Positions 23,750 to 38,695 of a stretch of DNA of 64,000 nt are shown piece by piece; position 1 is the first letter of the stretch, and each line of letters starts with the position of its first letter. The stretch comes from Octopus sinensis (Eukaryota), in NCBI RefSeq assembly GCF_006345805.1, contig NC_042998.1, forward strand, positions 194,742,001 through 194,806,000. Reading direction: 5' to 3'. Under the pieces are notes generated by a model. That model saw only the letters and a list, made by a program, of their open reading frames with translations, ran no database searches and had not been told where the DNA came from. Position numbers and translations under genes: made by a program.

Positions 23750-24060
23750 AGGTATTTTCTCTCATTGTTATCTTCTTGATGTCAAAATTGAAGCCTCATA
23801 TCATTTGTACAATTTGTAATGGTTGGTATAGCTTGTCACAAACTACACTGATTTACCAGACAGTAAAGGAAATGTAAACAATTGTTAAATATTATCCTAC
23901 ATTTTTATCTGTCATGGACAGAAATTATAACTCTCTTCAGATTCTTGGGAGAGAACTTAAACAGATTCCTGCAATTTAAATTTCAATAATAAATTGCTTG
24001 TATTCAGATCTCATATTTCAATTCACTTTATTGTTAATATTTCTGGGAAAAGTATGGATA

Positions 24061-24230
24061 GGCCAGGAGTGGCTGTGTGGTAAGTAGCTTGCTAACCAAC
24101 CACATGGTTCCAGGTTCAGTCCCACTGTGTGGAATCTTGGGCAAGTGTCTTCTGCTATAGCCGCAGGCCGACCAATGCCTTGTGAGTGGATTTGGTAGAT
24201 GGAAACTGAAAGAAGCCTGTCGTATATATG

Positions 24231-24270
<40 letters not shown>

Positions 24271-24489
24271 TATGTATGTGTTTGTGTGTCTGTGCTTGTC
24301 CCCTAGCATTGCTTGACAACCGATGCTGGTGTGTTTATGTCCCCGTCACTAAGCGGTTCGGCAAAAGAGACCGATAGAATAAGTACTGGACTTACAAAAG
24401 AATAAGTCCCGGGGTCGAGTTGCTCGACTAAAGGCAGTGCTCCAGCATGGTCGCAGTCAAATGACTGAAACAAGTAAAAGAGTAAAGAG
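24061..24489 (+). mobile_element. Family B SINE
   Basis: Complete head-microsatellite-body-AAAGAGT structure. Confidence 0.9.
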
Positions 24490-24729
24490 GAAGAGTAATA
24501 TCTCAACTTCCCATTTTGTACAACAAATCCATATTAGTGTGTAGGGTGTATATAGAACTGCAATCCAAAATTGGTGTGTTTATGACTGTAGGGTGTATGT
24601 TGCTTATATTTGTGCTCTTAACTGTGTATGTATGTATGTAGCATGTGTATAAAACTGTCAGCTCACATTGGTGTGTCTGTGACTATTTTTGTAGGGTGTA
24701 TACAGAGCTATTAGCTCATATTAGTATCT

Positions 24730-25119
24730 TTTCTCTTTCTCTTTTACTTGTTTCAGTCATTTGACTGTGACCATGCTGGAGCACCGCCTTTAATCGAGCA
24801 ACTCGACCCCGGGACTTATTCTTTGTAAGCCTAGTACTTATTCTATCGGTCTCTTTTGCCGAACCGCTAAGTGACGGGGACATAAACACACCAGCATCGG
24901 TTGTCAAGCGATGTTAGATGGGACAAACATACATGCACACATATATACATATGCATATATACGATGGGCTTCTTTCAGTTTCCGTCAACCAAATCAACTC
25001 ACAAGGCTTTGGTCGGCCCGAGGCTATAGTAGAAGACACTTGCCCAAGGTGCCACGCAGTGGGACTGAACCCGGAACCATGTGGCTGGTAAACAAGCTAC
25101 TTACCACACAGCCACTCCT
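24730..25119 (-). mobile_element. Family B SINE
   Basis: Reverse complement of the complete element. Confidence 0.9.
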
Positions 25120-25424
25120 CTTTGTATCAGATGTTTATAGAGCTGTGTGTTTATGACTAGTAGAGTGTATATGAAGCTTGGCTGATATTACAGTGTTATG
25201 ATTGTGTTGGGTGTATTTAAGAATTGTTAGCTTGTATTGGTATACATATGATTGCAGAGTGCTTATAAGATTGCCAGCTTGTATTGGTGAGGATGTATAC
25301 AAGAACTGGCAGCTTGTATTGATGTGCTCATGACCTGTAGGGTGTATATTGAACTAACAGCTTATAACTGTGTGTATAGAATAGTTACTATTTATTGGTG
25401 TGTGATTATTATTCATTTACTTTT

Positions 25425-25819
25425 TTCATTTACTTGTTTCAGTCATTTGACTGTGGCCATGCTGGAGCATCGCCTTTAGTCGAGGAAATCGACCCCAGGA
25501 CTTATTCTTTGTAAGCCTAGTACTTATTCTATCGGTTTCTTTTGCCGAACTGCTAAGTTACGGGGACGTAAACACACCGGCATCAGTTGTCAAGCGATGT
25601 TGGGGGAGGGGGGCAAACACAACACACAAACATACACATATATATATACATATATACGACAGGCTTCTTTCAGTTTCCGTCTACCAAATCCACTCACAAG
25701 GCTTTGGTCGGCCCGAGGCTATAGCAGAAGACACTTGCCCAAGGTGCCACGCAGTGGGACTGAACCCGGAACCATGTGGTTGGTAAGCAAGCTACTTACC
25801 ACACAGCCACTCCTACGCC
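25425..25819 (-). mobile_element. Family B SINE
   Basis: Reverse complement of the complete element. Confidence 0.9.
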
Positions 25820-26377
25820 TATACTGTATGTTGTGTATAAAACTGACGGCTCATGTTGGTGTGTGTACTACTGTGAATGAAGTTGTGTATAGAACCGTCA
25901 GCTTATAGATCAGGTGTTCAGATCCATTGCATGCATTCCATTGTTGATTTTTAATGGGACAATTTATTTTATGTCTCCTCATAGCTATTCATCAGTGAAT
26001 TTGTGAAAGACTAGCATCTTGTCTTAGAGAAATTGCTGTTTATGAGATCAACTGAACTCCAAAGAAACCAAAATAAGCACCAGTGTTACAAAGTTTTGGC
26101 AATTAATTCTTATGCTTTCTCTCATCAACATATCTGGGCCAAATATTCAACCTGTTTTATGTTCAAACCAGCCATATCTAACCTCTCACACCTACCCAGC
26201 AATGCCATTCTAAATATAAACAATCACATCATCAAAATCATGAAGCTATGAGATAATAATTGATAAATTCAAAACAATGTGAAAAAATTACATTTGACAG
26301 AGTAATCAGAATGCTAAAAAGTTAAACCCTTTTTATATACAAAAGAGAGTTCCTGGAATGTTGGAGTAACTCAATTA

Positions 26378-26738
26378 TCATGAATATTAGAGGAAATGAC
26401 TAGAGACCGAGACCTTTGGAAGTATGCTGTGCGTGAGAAGACCCGGCAGGACAAGTGAGACATGGGATGTAGTCAGTCCACTTATGCATACCTTTCCTTC
26501 TTGGGACACAAAACTCTACTTGTGAAAACCTGTTGAGGCAAGTGAAAATCAAAATCGAAATCAATCAACATCAATGGAAATTGCAGCTGTGATACCAGTG
26601 CCGGCGGTACGTAAGAGAACCATCCGAATGTGGCCGTTCCCAGCGCCGCCCTAACTGGCCCCCGTGCCGGTGGTACATAAAAAGCACCATCCGATTGTGG
26701 CTGTTGCCAGCCTTGCTAAACGAAGATGATGATGATGA
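26378..26738 (+). mobile_element. RTE 3' end with internal deletions
   Basis: EMTRDRDLWKYAVREKTRQDK* coding end, then UTR remnants and (GAT)n tail. Confidence 0.85.
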
Positions 26739-26912
26739 TTAGAAACCAGGCATTTATAGACTCTTGGTCATTTAACATAATGTAGAAGACTGTGGAATTA
26801 TTTAGATGGCTGTTGGTACAAGAAGTGAACAACTTCCTATAATACCCCAAAAATTTCTCATCTTATTGCTTGTACAAGAGTCTGAAAATGTTTTCTTTCT
26901 ATAGTAATTATA

Positions 26913-27120
26913 CAGGGTGTCCCAGAAGTCGCGCACCATTCTGGTTTTCGTTAAAAATAATTAAAGCATTTTATTGTATTATATTTTTTCTGCATGTTTT
27001 ATTGTAGAGGATGCTCAATTTGAGCATTTGTTACGATTAATTTCAATAAAGTGTTTTTGATATCAATAAGGGTGCATCCTTTTAAAAAAAAACTAGGATG
27101 GTGCACCCTGGGACACCCTG
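26913..27120. mobile_element. Tc1/mariner MITE
   Basis: TIRs CAGGGTGTCCCAG / CTGGGACACCCTG with TA on both sides. Confidence 0.85.
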
Positions 27121-27489
27121 TAATTTACCAAGTTTCTGTTTTTGTATTTATTGTTGTCAACATTGTACACCCTCACCAGCTCCCCCCCCCCGATTCCTTA
27201 TTTGATCCTTTTGTACAATCTGCCTGTTGGTTTGTCTGTGTGTCTGTTTGTCTGTTTGAGTCTGTTTGTCTACATTTTATGAGAGAAATAAACAGATAGA
27301 AGTATGTCTATCTGTTTCTTTCTCTTGCTCTTCACAGGAAATTCTCTGCATACAGGCACATCCCTTTAGTGTCACCTTCCTACAGGTCACACCTGATAAT
27401 ATCATATTTATCACTTCACTACTTTCTTCTCTCTCTCTCTCTCTCTCATTCTCCTTTCATAATATCTCTTTTGTTTCATGCAGTGTATC

Positions 27490-27910
27490 TATATGTATGT
27501 ATGTATGTGTGTGTGTATGTGTATGTATGTTGTATGTATGTATGTTTGTATGTATGTACGTATGTATGTATGTATGTACGTATGTATGTATGTATGTATG
27601 TATGTATGTATGTATGTGTGTGTGTATGTGGGTATGTATGTTGTATGTATGTATGTTTGTATGTTTGTATGTATGTATGTGTATGTATGTATGTATGTAC
27701 GTTGTATGAATGAATGTATGTATGTATGTTGTATGTATGTATGTATGTATGTATGTATGTATGTGTGTATGTATGTATGTATGTATGTATGTATGTATGT
27801 ATGTATGTATGTATGTATGCATGTATGTATATGTGTGTATGTATGTATGTATGTATGATGTATGTATGTAAGTAAGTATGTATGTAAGTAAGTATGTATG
27901 ATGTTGTATG

Positions 27911-27941
<31 letters not shown>

Positions 27942-28070
27942 GTATGTATGTATGTATTTTATGTATGTATGTATGTATGTATGTATGTGTATGTATGTAC
28001 GTACGTACTATGTATGTATGTATGTATGTATGTATGTATGTATGTATGCATGTATGTATGTATGTATGCA
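27490..28070. repeat. (TATG)n microsatellite
   Basis: Direct inspection. Confidence 0.95.
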
Positions 28071-28479
28071 TGCATACCTGGGTGTGTCTGTAAGTTATAA
28101 TGCATGTGTATGTGATAGCATATGTGTGAGTGCCTGTAAAGAATCATTGTAGTATGTGTGATATTTGTCTGAGTGTAAGTAAGTTTTGTATTGAGAATGT
28201 GTGTTTGTGTGTGTGTGAGAGAGAGAGAGGGAGGGGGAGTGTGTGTATGAAGTGGTCAGTATTGTGCCTATCTGTCTGTGTGGTTAATATGTATGTGTGT
28301 CTACCTTTTTGAACATTGTCATGTATGTGCTCATATATATCTATATGCCTAAAATGCAGCAAGCTGGCAGAAGTGTTAGTATGCCAGACAAAATGCTTAT
28401 CTGTATTTCATCCATCTTTATGTTCTGAGTTCAAATTTTCTGCCAAATATCTCGGTGGGTTTTTCATATTTTGCATTTT

Positions 28480-29280
28480 TCTTTGGTAGTGTAGATGGTA
28501 TTTAGATGGTCAGTGGCTGTAGTCTGTGTACAACATATTATGATACGTAAAATGGTGTCTTGTGTTCTTTACAGTTCATTGTAATTTTTTGTCCTGAGAT
28601 TAGTGACCCAGGTAGTACTGGTATAGTCCATGATAATTTTAATGAATTATTTGCATATCACTGTTGTTTCTTTCTATTGATTGAATGCAGTACTCGTGGT
28701 TGTTCTAAGCTTGTTTCTGTATTGTTTTGTTCTCTTTACTATATTGTGAATGTTTTAAGGTGGCAAGCTGGCAGAACATTAGCTTGCCGAGCAAAATGCT
28801 TAGCGGTATTTCATCTGCTGCTTCGTTCTGAGATCAAATTCCGCCGAGGTCGACTTTACCTTTCATCCTTTCGGGGTTGATAAATTAAGTACCAGTTACA
28901 TACTGGGGTCGATGTAATCGACTTAATCCCTTTGTCTGTCCCCTCTATGTTTAGCACCTTGAGGGCAATAAAGAAATAACTATATTGTGAATGTTGTTGA
29001 GGAGCTTTATGTAACTCCTAGAATCTACATTTTCTGTGTGTGGTGGGGTTATATTTACATTGCTGAGTGTGGTGGCTGGTTGTATATGATGTTCTCTAGT
29101 GTTGCTGTTTAGAAGAGAAACAGATTTTCTAAGTACTAATTAGGCCAGGTTTTGAGATGATTTAAGTAGAGTTAGAGCAGAGTGAGAGGATGTGAGTGTG
29201 GAGTTATACTGTATATGAGGCTGTATGTTTTGTAGATACACCTTGATCATGTTGTTATAGAGTGAACAGGCAAGAACATA
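28480..29280 (-). mobile_element. Probable heavily degraded Penelope-like GIY-YIG region
   Basis: Minus-strand remnants LENIIY, GVT*SS and a C-terminal LNT resemble the Penelope-like endonuclease order of motifs; many stops and frameshifts. Confidence 0.35.
28757..28978 (+). mobile_element. Family A SINE monomer
   Basis: 17 bp TSD ACTATATTGTGAATGTT at 28738-28754 and 28979-28995. Confidence 0.9.
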
Positions 29281-29756
29281 TCCTCTTCTTTATCATCATC
29301 ATTTAGCACCCACTACATTCTCGGAGTGGTTGGTGTTAGGAAGGGCATCCAGCAATAGAAACCTTACCAGATCAGATTGGAGCCCGGTGTAGCCTCCTGG
29401 CTTACCAGTCCCCAGTCAAACCATTGAACCCATGCCAGCATGGAAAGCAGACGTTAAATGATTATGATGATGATGATTGTGTGTGTTTTATGATCTGTGT
29501 GGGCCTTAAATATTTATTTTAATTAGCTTGTTTGTATGTGTATGTAGGGTGTGGTAAGTATCCTTCTTAATACAATATGTGGTTCACTCCCTTATGCATA
29601 CTACGCGTCTAACATTTCCTTGTTCAATTTTAAATTTGACCTCGTCATTGTTGTCTTCGTAGTTTCAATGACAGGACACATTGACATCAAATGGTCTGCT
29701 GTGTCCGGCGTACATGTATGCAAAACATTTTGTGTGTGTGTGTATTAATATATATA

Positions 29757-29969
29757 CAGAGTGGCCCAAAAGTAGGTTTACAGTTATAATATAGGCACTT
29801 TAAATTTCTTTTAAAGCATTTTATTACATTTAAATTTTTGCCTTACAATTAACTAAATTAGCATAGAATAATGGTTTCATATTTTTTTTATAATCAAGAT
29901 CTAAACTGCTAATGAATGAATACGAAAGAGATAGTTGAATAACTGTAAATCTGCTTTTGGGTCACCCTG
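29757..29969. mobile_element. Tc1/mariner MITE
   Basis: 31 bp imperfect TIRs CAGAGTGGCCCAAAAGTAGGTTTACAGTTAT / ATAACTGTAAATCTGCTTTTGGGTCACCCTG; TA flanks. Confidence 0.85.
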
Positions 29970-31140
<1,171 letters not shown>

Positions 31141-31681
31141 CTCCCTCCCTCCCTCACTCACTGACTTTGTGTGTATGTGTGTGTGTTTGTGTGTGTGTGT
31201 ATGTTGTGTGTGCGCAAAAGGTATTATATGTATGTAGTTATAAGATTGGAGTTGTGGTTAAGAATCTTGCTTCCCATCCATATGGTCTTGGGTTCACTTC
31301 CAATGCATGGTATGTTGGGCTAGTAAGTGTCTTCTGTTAAAGCCCAAGGCTCACCAAAGCCTTGTCAGTGAATTTGTTAAATGGAAACTGAAAAAAGTCC
31401 CTTGTATATACACATACATGTATATGTATGTGTGTGCACACCCTTGCCTAGAGATCGCGTGATGTTTCTAAAGAAACATCGTCATTATACGAGTGATGCT
31501 GGTTGTTTCCATTCTTGCATGAAAAACGTATCCAGCATGGAAAAATATCACCTTGTTTAGAAACAGGTAAAAGTTGGCAATAGGAAGAGCATCCAGTCTT
31601 AGAAAATATGACTCAACAAATCCCATCTGAATGATGATGATGATCTATATATACATACATACATGCACATGTATGTGTATT

Positions 31682-31727
<46 letters not shown>

Positions 31728-31786
31728 TAGATACATGTATGTATATATATATATATGTATATATGTATATATACATATATATATAT

Positions 31787-32165
31787 CATCATCATCATCA
31801 TCATTGTTTAACGTCTGCTTTCCATGCTAGCATGGGTTGGATGATTTGACTGAGGACTGGTGAACCAGATGACTGCACCAGACTTCAATCTTGATCTGGC
31901 AGAGTTTTTATAGCTGGATGCCCTTCCTAACACCAACCATTCCGAGAGTGTAGTGCGTGCTTTTATGTGCCACCGGCACGGGGGCCAGTCAGGCGGTACT
32001 GGCAACGACCTCGCTCGGAACTTTTTACACATGCCACCGGCACAGGTGCCAGTAAGGCGATGCTGGTAACGATCATGCTCGAATGGTGCCTTTTACATGC
32101 CACCGGCACGGAGGCCAGTTAGTCGCTCTGGCAATGATCCTGCACGTATGGTGCTCTTAGCACCC
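31787..32165 (-). mobile_element. RTE 3' UTR copy
   Basis: (CAT)n, GTTTAACGTCTGCTTTCCATGCTAGC, and several TTTTA(T/C)(G/A)TGCCACCGGCAC units. Confidence 0.85.
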
Positions 32166-32214
<49 letters not shown>

Positions 32215-32405
32215 ATATATATACTTCATCGTTGTCGTCGTCATTACAGTTTAGTGTTCACTTCCCATGGTGGCATGGGCTGGATGGTTTGACAAGAGCT
32301 GGCCAGGCAGAAGATTGCACCAGACTTCTCTATCTGTTTTGGCATGGTTTTTATGGCTGGATGCCCTTCCCATCACCAAGCACCCTGCATATATATATGT
32401 ATGTA

Positions 32406-32927
32406 CCGTAAATCCTCGAGTATAATCCGCACTTTTTTCCCAAAATTTAAAGGTCAAAATCCCTATTGCGTATTATATACGAGGTTAAAAATGAAAAATA
32501 TTTTCTAAGCAATGTTTGAGTCTCTATTTGCTGTCCAGCAATGTTTATTCAGACGTGTTTTGTGATGTTGGGCGCGAAAATACCTTAAGCTAAGCCTGAA
32601 AGCAATGAAGTCATAAAAGAATCATCCATAACTTGCTGTAAGCAACATTTATTAAAATAAAAGTATTCAAAACTCAGAATAACATGTAACAAAAACAATT
32701 TGCAAACATATTTACATTCCCATATAACAGTTAAGAACATCACCATTATTGTATTACGCATGTGGAGAAGTGTTTGTTCGACTAAGTGCTGCTGGCTTAA
32801 TTACGCACGACTCATGTTAGAGAAGGGGTGCGTATTATACACAAGGTTTAGGCTTTCCTGAGGTACAGCCCCCTAAAAAACTCCTGCGTATTATACTCAA
32901 GGGCGGACTATACTCAAGGATTTACGG
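32406..32927. mobile_element. Tc1/mariner (pogo-like) non-autonomous element
   Basis: TIRs CCGTAAATCCTCGAGTATAATCCGC / GCGGACTATACTCAAGGATTTACGG, TA flanks; subterminal GCGTATTATA repeats at about 32468, 32829 and 32887. Confidence 0.85.
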
Positions 32928-33284
32928 TATTGTATGTATGTGTATGTGTGTGTGTATCAAAATTTCATATATTTATTTGTAAAGTTAAGGAAGTTATTAA
33001 AAACTGAAACCCATCAGTGACTTTTGGGACATCCTGTATATATATATATATATATATCATCATCATCATCATAATTTGACTTCCACTTTTCCATGCATGT
33101 ATGGGTTAGACAGAGCTTATTACGGCAGATTTTCTATGGCTGGATGTCTTTCCTATAACTATCCTTTACTTGTATCCAAGCAAGGTAATATTTTCCCCAT
33201 TTCTAGACATGCTTTTTACATACACACAAACACACATGCCTGCCATATGTGCATGCACACACACACACACACATGCACATACAT

Positions 33285-33600
33285 ACAGTCCAGGTTTATA
33301 CCTGTAATTATTGGGGCCCGGGGATATGTAACACACTGTCTAAATACCAATCTTGAGAAATTAGGCTTCTCAAAACCAGAAAGGAGAAAGCTGATTTGAA
33401 GACTACAGACCCAAGCTATCACTGGAACTGTAAAAATCTGTAAAACTTTCCAGAAGTTTATCATTTAAATATATATGAGAACCTGTCTAGATATGCAAGC
33501 ATATGTATGAGAAGACATACATAACAAAGAAAAACATACAAATCTGCACATATACATAGATACCTACAAACACACTGTTGATGCACATATGCATCTGTAC
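33285..33600 (+). mobile_element. 3' fragment of a second RLE-type non-LTR family
   Basis: RFIPVIIGARGYVTHCL..NLEKLGF...LQTQAITGTVKICKTF* matches the C-terminal PV(V/I)IGA.G pattern of the 13394 ORF. Confidence 0.7.
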
Positions 33601-34509
33601 ATATATGTAGAGGTGGTTTCAGGTTCAGTCCTACTGTGTGACATTTTGGACAAATGTCTTTTATTATGGCCCTGGGCAGAGCACCACCACCACCACTATC
33701 TTTATTAGTAATGTAACACTATCATACTACTGCTACTAACATAAATACCTCCACAACCATCACTATCTTTAGTGCTACCACTACAACTACATCACTATCT
33801 GATAATGAAGGAAGTCTATAGTCCAGCTAGAAATAATAGTCAAAGTCTCAGATGTTAAAAAAAAAAAAGATGGGTCAGACAAGGCTGGTGTTTCTTCGAT
33901 TAAAAGTGCATTCAATCAGTACTGACCTCGGGCTAAACAACAACAACAGCAACATCAACAACCACAGCGACACACAGTAACAAGTTGTTAGAACCAGAAT
34001 CTCTGTTTCTGGAGCACTTCCTAGCTCTGCCGTATTTCATTGTCATCCTGCTATATTTCCCTACAACTCTCTTCGCCATTTCAGACACCTCCTCCTGAAA
34101 AATTTCTGCCTTATTCTTCTTCTACCAACATGCATCATTTCCCCACCCCACTGTCACCCTGCATGCTATTCCACTGCTTTCTTTCACCATCATCATTCTA
34201 CTTTTATTCCACAACTGCCACCATGCATCATTTCACAAACACTCTACCCTAATCCTCTACCACTACCCTGATTCATTTCTCCCCCACCTTGTAATTATTT
34301 CCCCACAACCACCACTACCTGAATTCTTATGGTATTTGTAATGGAGATTAATTCCATACTGGAATCCTTTGGGTGATAGAGACACCCATTTCACTTCAGC
34401 TAATAAAATTCCTTGGTATTTTGTTTATAACAACCAAAACATTATTTTTATGGAAATAATAATTTCAAATATTTATCTTCTGTTAGTGTTTGTGTATATG
34501 CTGTAACTT

Positions 34510-34511
<2 letters not shown>

Positions 34512-34591
<80 letters not shown>

Positions 34592-34597
34592 ACACAC

Positions 34598-34639
<42 letters not shown>

Positions 34640-34699
34640 TACACACACACAAACACACACACACACACACACACAACACACACACATACACACACACAA

Positions 34700-34739
<40 letters not shown>

Positions 34740-34757
34740 ACATACACACACACACAA

Positions 34758-34789
<32 letters not shown>

Positions 34790-34965
34790 GCACACACACA
34801 CAAACACACACACATACACACACACAAACATACACACACACAAACACACACACACACGCACACACACACACAAACACACACACACATACACACACAGACA
34901 CACAGACACATACACACATACACACACACTCACATACACACACACACACTCACACAAACATATAA
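34512..34965. repeat. (CA)n microsatellite
   Basis: Direct inspection. Confidence 0.95.
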
Positions 34966-36000
34966 ACACATGTATCTACAAAACACACCCACTCTTATAA
35001 TTTACAAAAATGTGTGTATTATATATTTAAATGTTTATGTGTGTGAGTGTATGTATGTGTATGCTTCTACATGTGTGTGTATGTGTGTGAGCATGCATAT
35101 GTGTGTATTTAAATGTGTTTAGTAAAATATTTCTTTTTCTTCCTCTCCTACCACACATATTCATATCATGCGATAAATATCTTTCGAATTAATTTATCTG
35201 ACACACCCTGATAATAATTCAAAACTCTACTATGCTGACAAATTCCTCTCAGTTTTTAAATAAAATGCTTCTCCAGACACAACAGGTCATGATAATAAAG
35301 TTCAGAGTCGAACATCGGATTGTTAATTTCTGCAGGGCTTTTGGAATTTCTATAGGGTTTAGGACAACCTAGAGAATTTTCCATCCACCCATTCAGTCCA
35401 TACAAATATAGAGAAAAAAATACCCACACAACAGCATCAGTAAGTACCGGAATGTACATCATCAGTTATCTATGCGGAGAAACGGTAACTGTTGTATTCT
35501 TATACTGTCCGACTTGCCTGTCTCAACAATGACCACCACTACAGTAGCAACAGCTACAGTGGCTAGAATCTATTGGCAAATAGACAAGTCCACAGAGGAG
35601 TCTTTATGCAGTCATTTTATTTGTTAGAAATAGCAGCCAAATATCTCTCAAGCCACACTCCCTCACCTTAATATTGGAAAGACACATTGTGTTTTGTAGT
35701 CCTTCATACCCATAAAGACAGGATGGTCATAACTGCAAGGCCTCTGATCATAGGTCCTCTAGATCAGGGTTGACCCAGGGGTTAAACAAGAACAGTGGAT
35801 GTACAGAAATAGACTGGATAGTGGAGAAAATACACGTCCACACTGCAACACTGTACTTCATGCAATTAACAATTGCATGTCAGAACATGGTCTTTAGTTC
35901 TCGGTTTCTCAACATGCACTGACCTAGGATCATCAGACCTAGTTATTTGGCAAACTTCCTGCACGACAGAGCTAACCTAGGGGTTATACAACATCAGCAG

Positions 36001-36523
36001 AAGCGACTTGGCAGATGAGATGGCCAAAGCCAGAATGGAAGGGGACCAGTCAACAGCCCACCACCACTAGGACGCAGCGAAAGTAGCCATCCACCGGGCA
36101 CTTAAACCACCTCCCTTCAAACACGAAAGGGTCAAGAGGATCTACGGCGACCATGGAGAGAAAGTGAGAGAAAGTGAGCAGAGCCACTGATTTGTCTCTA
36201 ACCAGCTGACTTAGAAGTGGTCATCACCCGGACTTCAAGTACTGGCTCTACAAGATCGACCGAGCCATAGACAGAACCTGCAGAAAGTGCGGAGTGGGAG
36301 AGGAGACGGCGGAGCATGTCATCTACGACTGTCCACGGATCCATCGCCCGCCGCAAATGCCAACCCCACCAGACGCTCTGGCCAGTGACCCGTACTTGTC
36401 CTTCGGATCTGGGAAAAGTGGACTTCCGCTCCCGACCTGCCAGACGTCTCCCAACCCACAGAACAGATGCAGTGAACTCACCCTTACCCGTCTTGTTGCT
36501 TAACAACAACAACAGCAGCAGCA
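36001..36523 (+). mobile_element. I-superfamily (Ingi/Nimb-like) LINE 3' end
   Basis: DLADEMAK (RNase H end), QL.SGHH...CRKCGVGEETAEHVIYDCP (CCHC), (CAA)n tail. Confidence 0.75.
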
Positions 36524-36572
36524 ATGGCAGTAATAACCACAAAAACAAAAGAAATAGAGTATATGTCTAGAC

Positions 36573-36795
36573 CAGTGCTTTTCAAACTTTTTGCTGGAGT
36601 GGAACCCCAAGGAAACATTCCACTGGCTTGGGGAACCCCTGTGCAATAATTTAATAGTCTTATGCACACATATCTGCACAGGAGAATTAAAAATTACTGC
36701 CGATTTTAGCAGTTTTGTAACTTCTTGCGGAACCCCTGGACTGTACTGGCGGAACCCCTGGACTGTACTGGCGGAACCCTGGTTGAAAACCAATG
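36573..36795. mobile_element. hAT MITE, same family as 12271
   Basis: TSD GTCTAGAC at 36565-36572 and 36796-36803; internal 22 bp unit GCGGAACCCCTGGACTGTACTG duplicated. Confidence 0.9.
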
Positions 36796-36908
36796 GTCTA
36801 GACTGTCACAGTGTAACACAAAATTAGTCACACCAAAGTGGTTAAGTTATAGGGCGATTCTCAGCAGTATGATCCCCAGGCAAGCAGAGGTATGGTATAT
36901 ATGAAACA

Positions 36909-37550
36909 GGTGGCGAGCTGGCAGAAATGTTAGCACGCCGGGCGAAATGCATAGCCGTATTTCGTCTGCCATTATGTTCTGAGTTCAATTTCTGCTGAGG
37001 TCGACTTTGCCTTTCATCCTTTCGGGGTCGATAAATTAAGTACCATTTACGTACCGGGGTCGATGTAATCGACTTAATCCGTTTGTCTGTCCTTGTTTGT
37101 CCCCTCTGTGTTTAGCCCCTTGTGGGTAGTAAAGAAATAGGTATTTTGTCTGTTACTATGTTTTGAGTTCAAATTCTACTGAGGTCGACTTTGCCTTTCA
37201 TCCTTTCGGGATCGATAAATTAAGTTCCAGTTGAGTACAGGAGTCGATGTAATCAACTCAACTCCTCCCAGAATTTCAGGCCCTGTGTCTATTGTAGAAA
37301 GGGTTATTATTATTACTAAAAGCGGCGAGCTGGCAGAATTGTTAGCAAGCTGATCAAAATGCGTAGCCGTATTTCGTCTGCCGCTACGTTCTGAGTTCAA
37401 ATTCTGCCGAGGTTGACCTTGCCTTTCATCCTTTCTGAGTCGATAAATTAAGTACCATTTATGCACTGGGGTCCATGTAATCGACTTAATCCGTTTGTCT
37501 GTCCTTGTTTGTCCCCTCTGTGTTTTGCCCCTTGTGGGTAGTAAAGAAAT
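36909..37550 (+). mobile_element. Composite family A SINE trimer inside one TSD
   Basis: 21 bp TSD AGGTATGGTATATATGAAACA at 36888-36908 and 37551-37571. Confidence 0.85.
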
Positions 37551-37817
37551 AGGTATGGTATATATGAAACAACAGATCTGTAGACCTTACTTAATTATTC
37601 AGTTAACTAAGAATATGTTGTATGTTTTTCCTAATGAGTGTTGACCTAGGGTTGTAAAACAACAACAGTAGATGAAGTCAAATACAGACAATGAGTGAAA
37701 TACACTGCTTCTGTGTTTGAGGCAGAGAGCTCTCAATGGTGGAGTTCATGTGGCTGTAAATAGGTACCACACAGCAGTATAGTCTCTCTTTTTTTTTATC
37801 CCCTTTTCTTGTCTCAC

Positions 37818-37919
37818 TTTCTCTCTGCTGTCCATGACAATACAGCACAACAGATGAATGCAGCTGCTCAGTCACTCTGTATGAGTCACCAGTTAAGATG
37901 ACACTTGCTGGAAAAATGT
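37818..37919 (-). CDS. Candidate 102 nt symmetric (phase 1-1) exon of an unidentified gene
   Basis: Long pyrimidine tract and TTTGCCCCAG acceptor; AAA|GTGAGA donor; only one open frame, DIFPASVILTGDSYRVTEQLHSSVVLYCHGQQRE. No family recognised. Confidence 0.3.
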
Positions 37920-38139
37920 CTGGGGCAAAGTGATATATAATCAGAGAGAGAAGGAGGGAGAGAGCGGGAGGAGAGAGAGAGAGGGAGAGAGATTGACTGA
38001 GGAAAGCAGAAATAAAGATAGCAATAGACATATAAACTGATTGATTGACTGACTGAAAGAGAGTGAGAGAGAGAGAACTGACTGAGGGAAAGCAGAAATA
38101 AAGATAGGAACCGTTAGTCAGCCATATAAACTGATTGAT

Positions 38140-38695
<556 letters not shown>

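Larger units (their letters stand above)
24530..25910. repeat. Old degenerate ~45-50 bp minisatellite interrupted by SINEs
   Basis: Recurring TGTAGGGTGTAT(A)TAGAACTG..AGCT...ATTGGTGTGT..ATGAC-like units in the spacers between SINEs. Confidence 0.55.

Noticed and set aside
27457-28152. Long ORFs rich in HTYI/MYVC (also 29901-30531, 30626-31237, 34448-35122, 38219-38701, 46281-47278, 53172-53565, 59441-60084)
   Set aside because: They are translations of microsatellites and minisatellites that lack stop codons.
28738-28995. Universal GGTAT target specificity for family A SINEs
   Set aside because: This monomer and those at 1307 and 40433 have unrelated target sequences, so the preference is at most limited to dimer-type copies.
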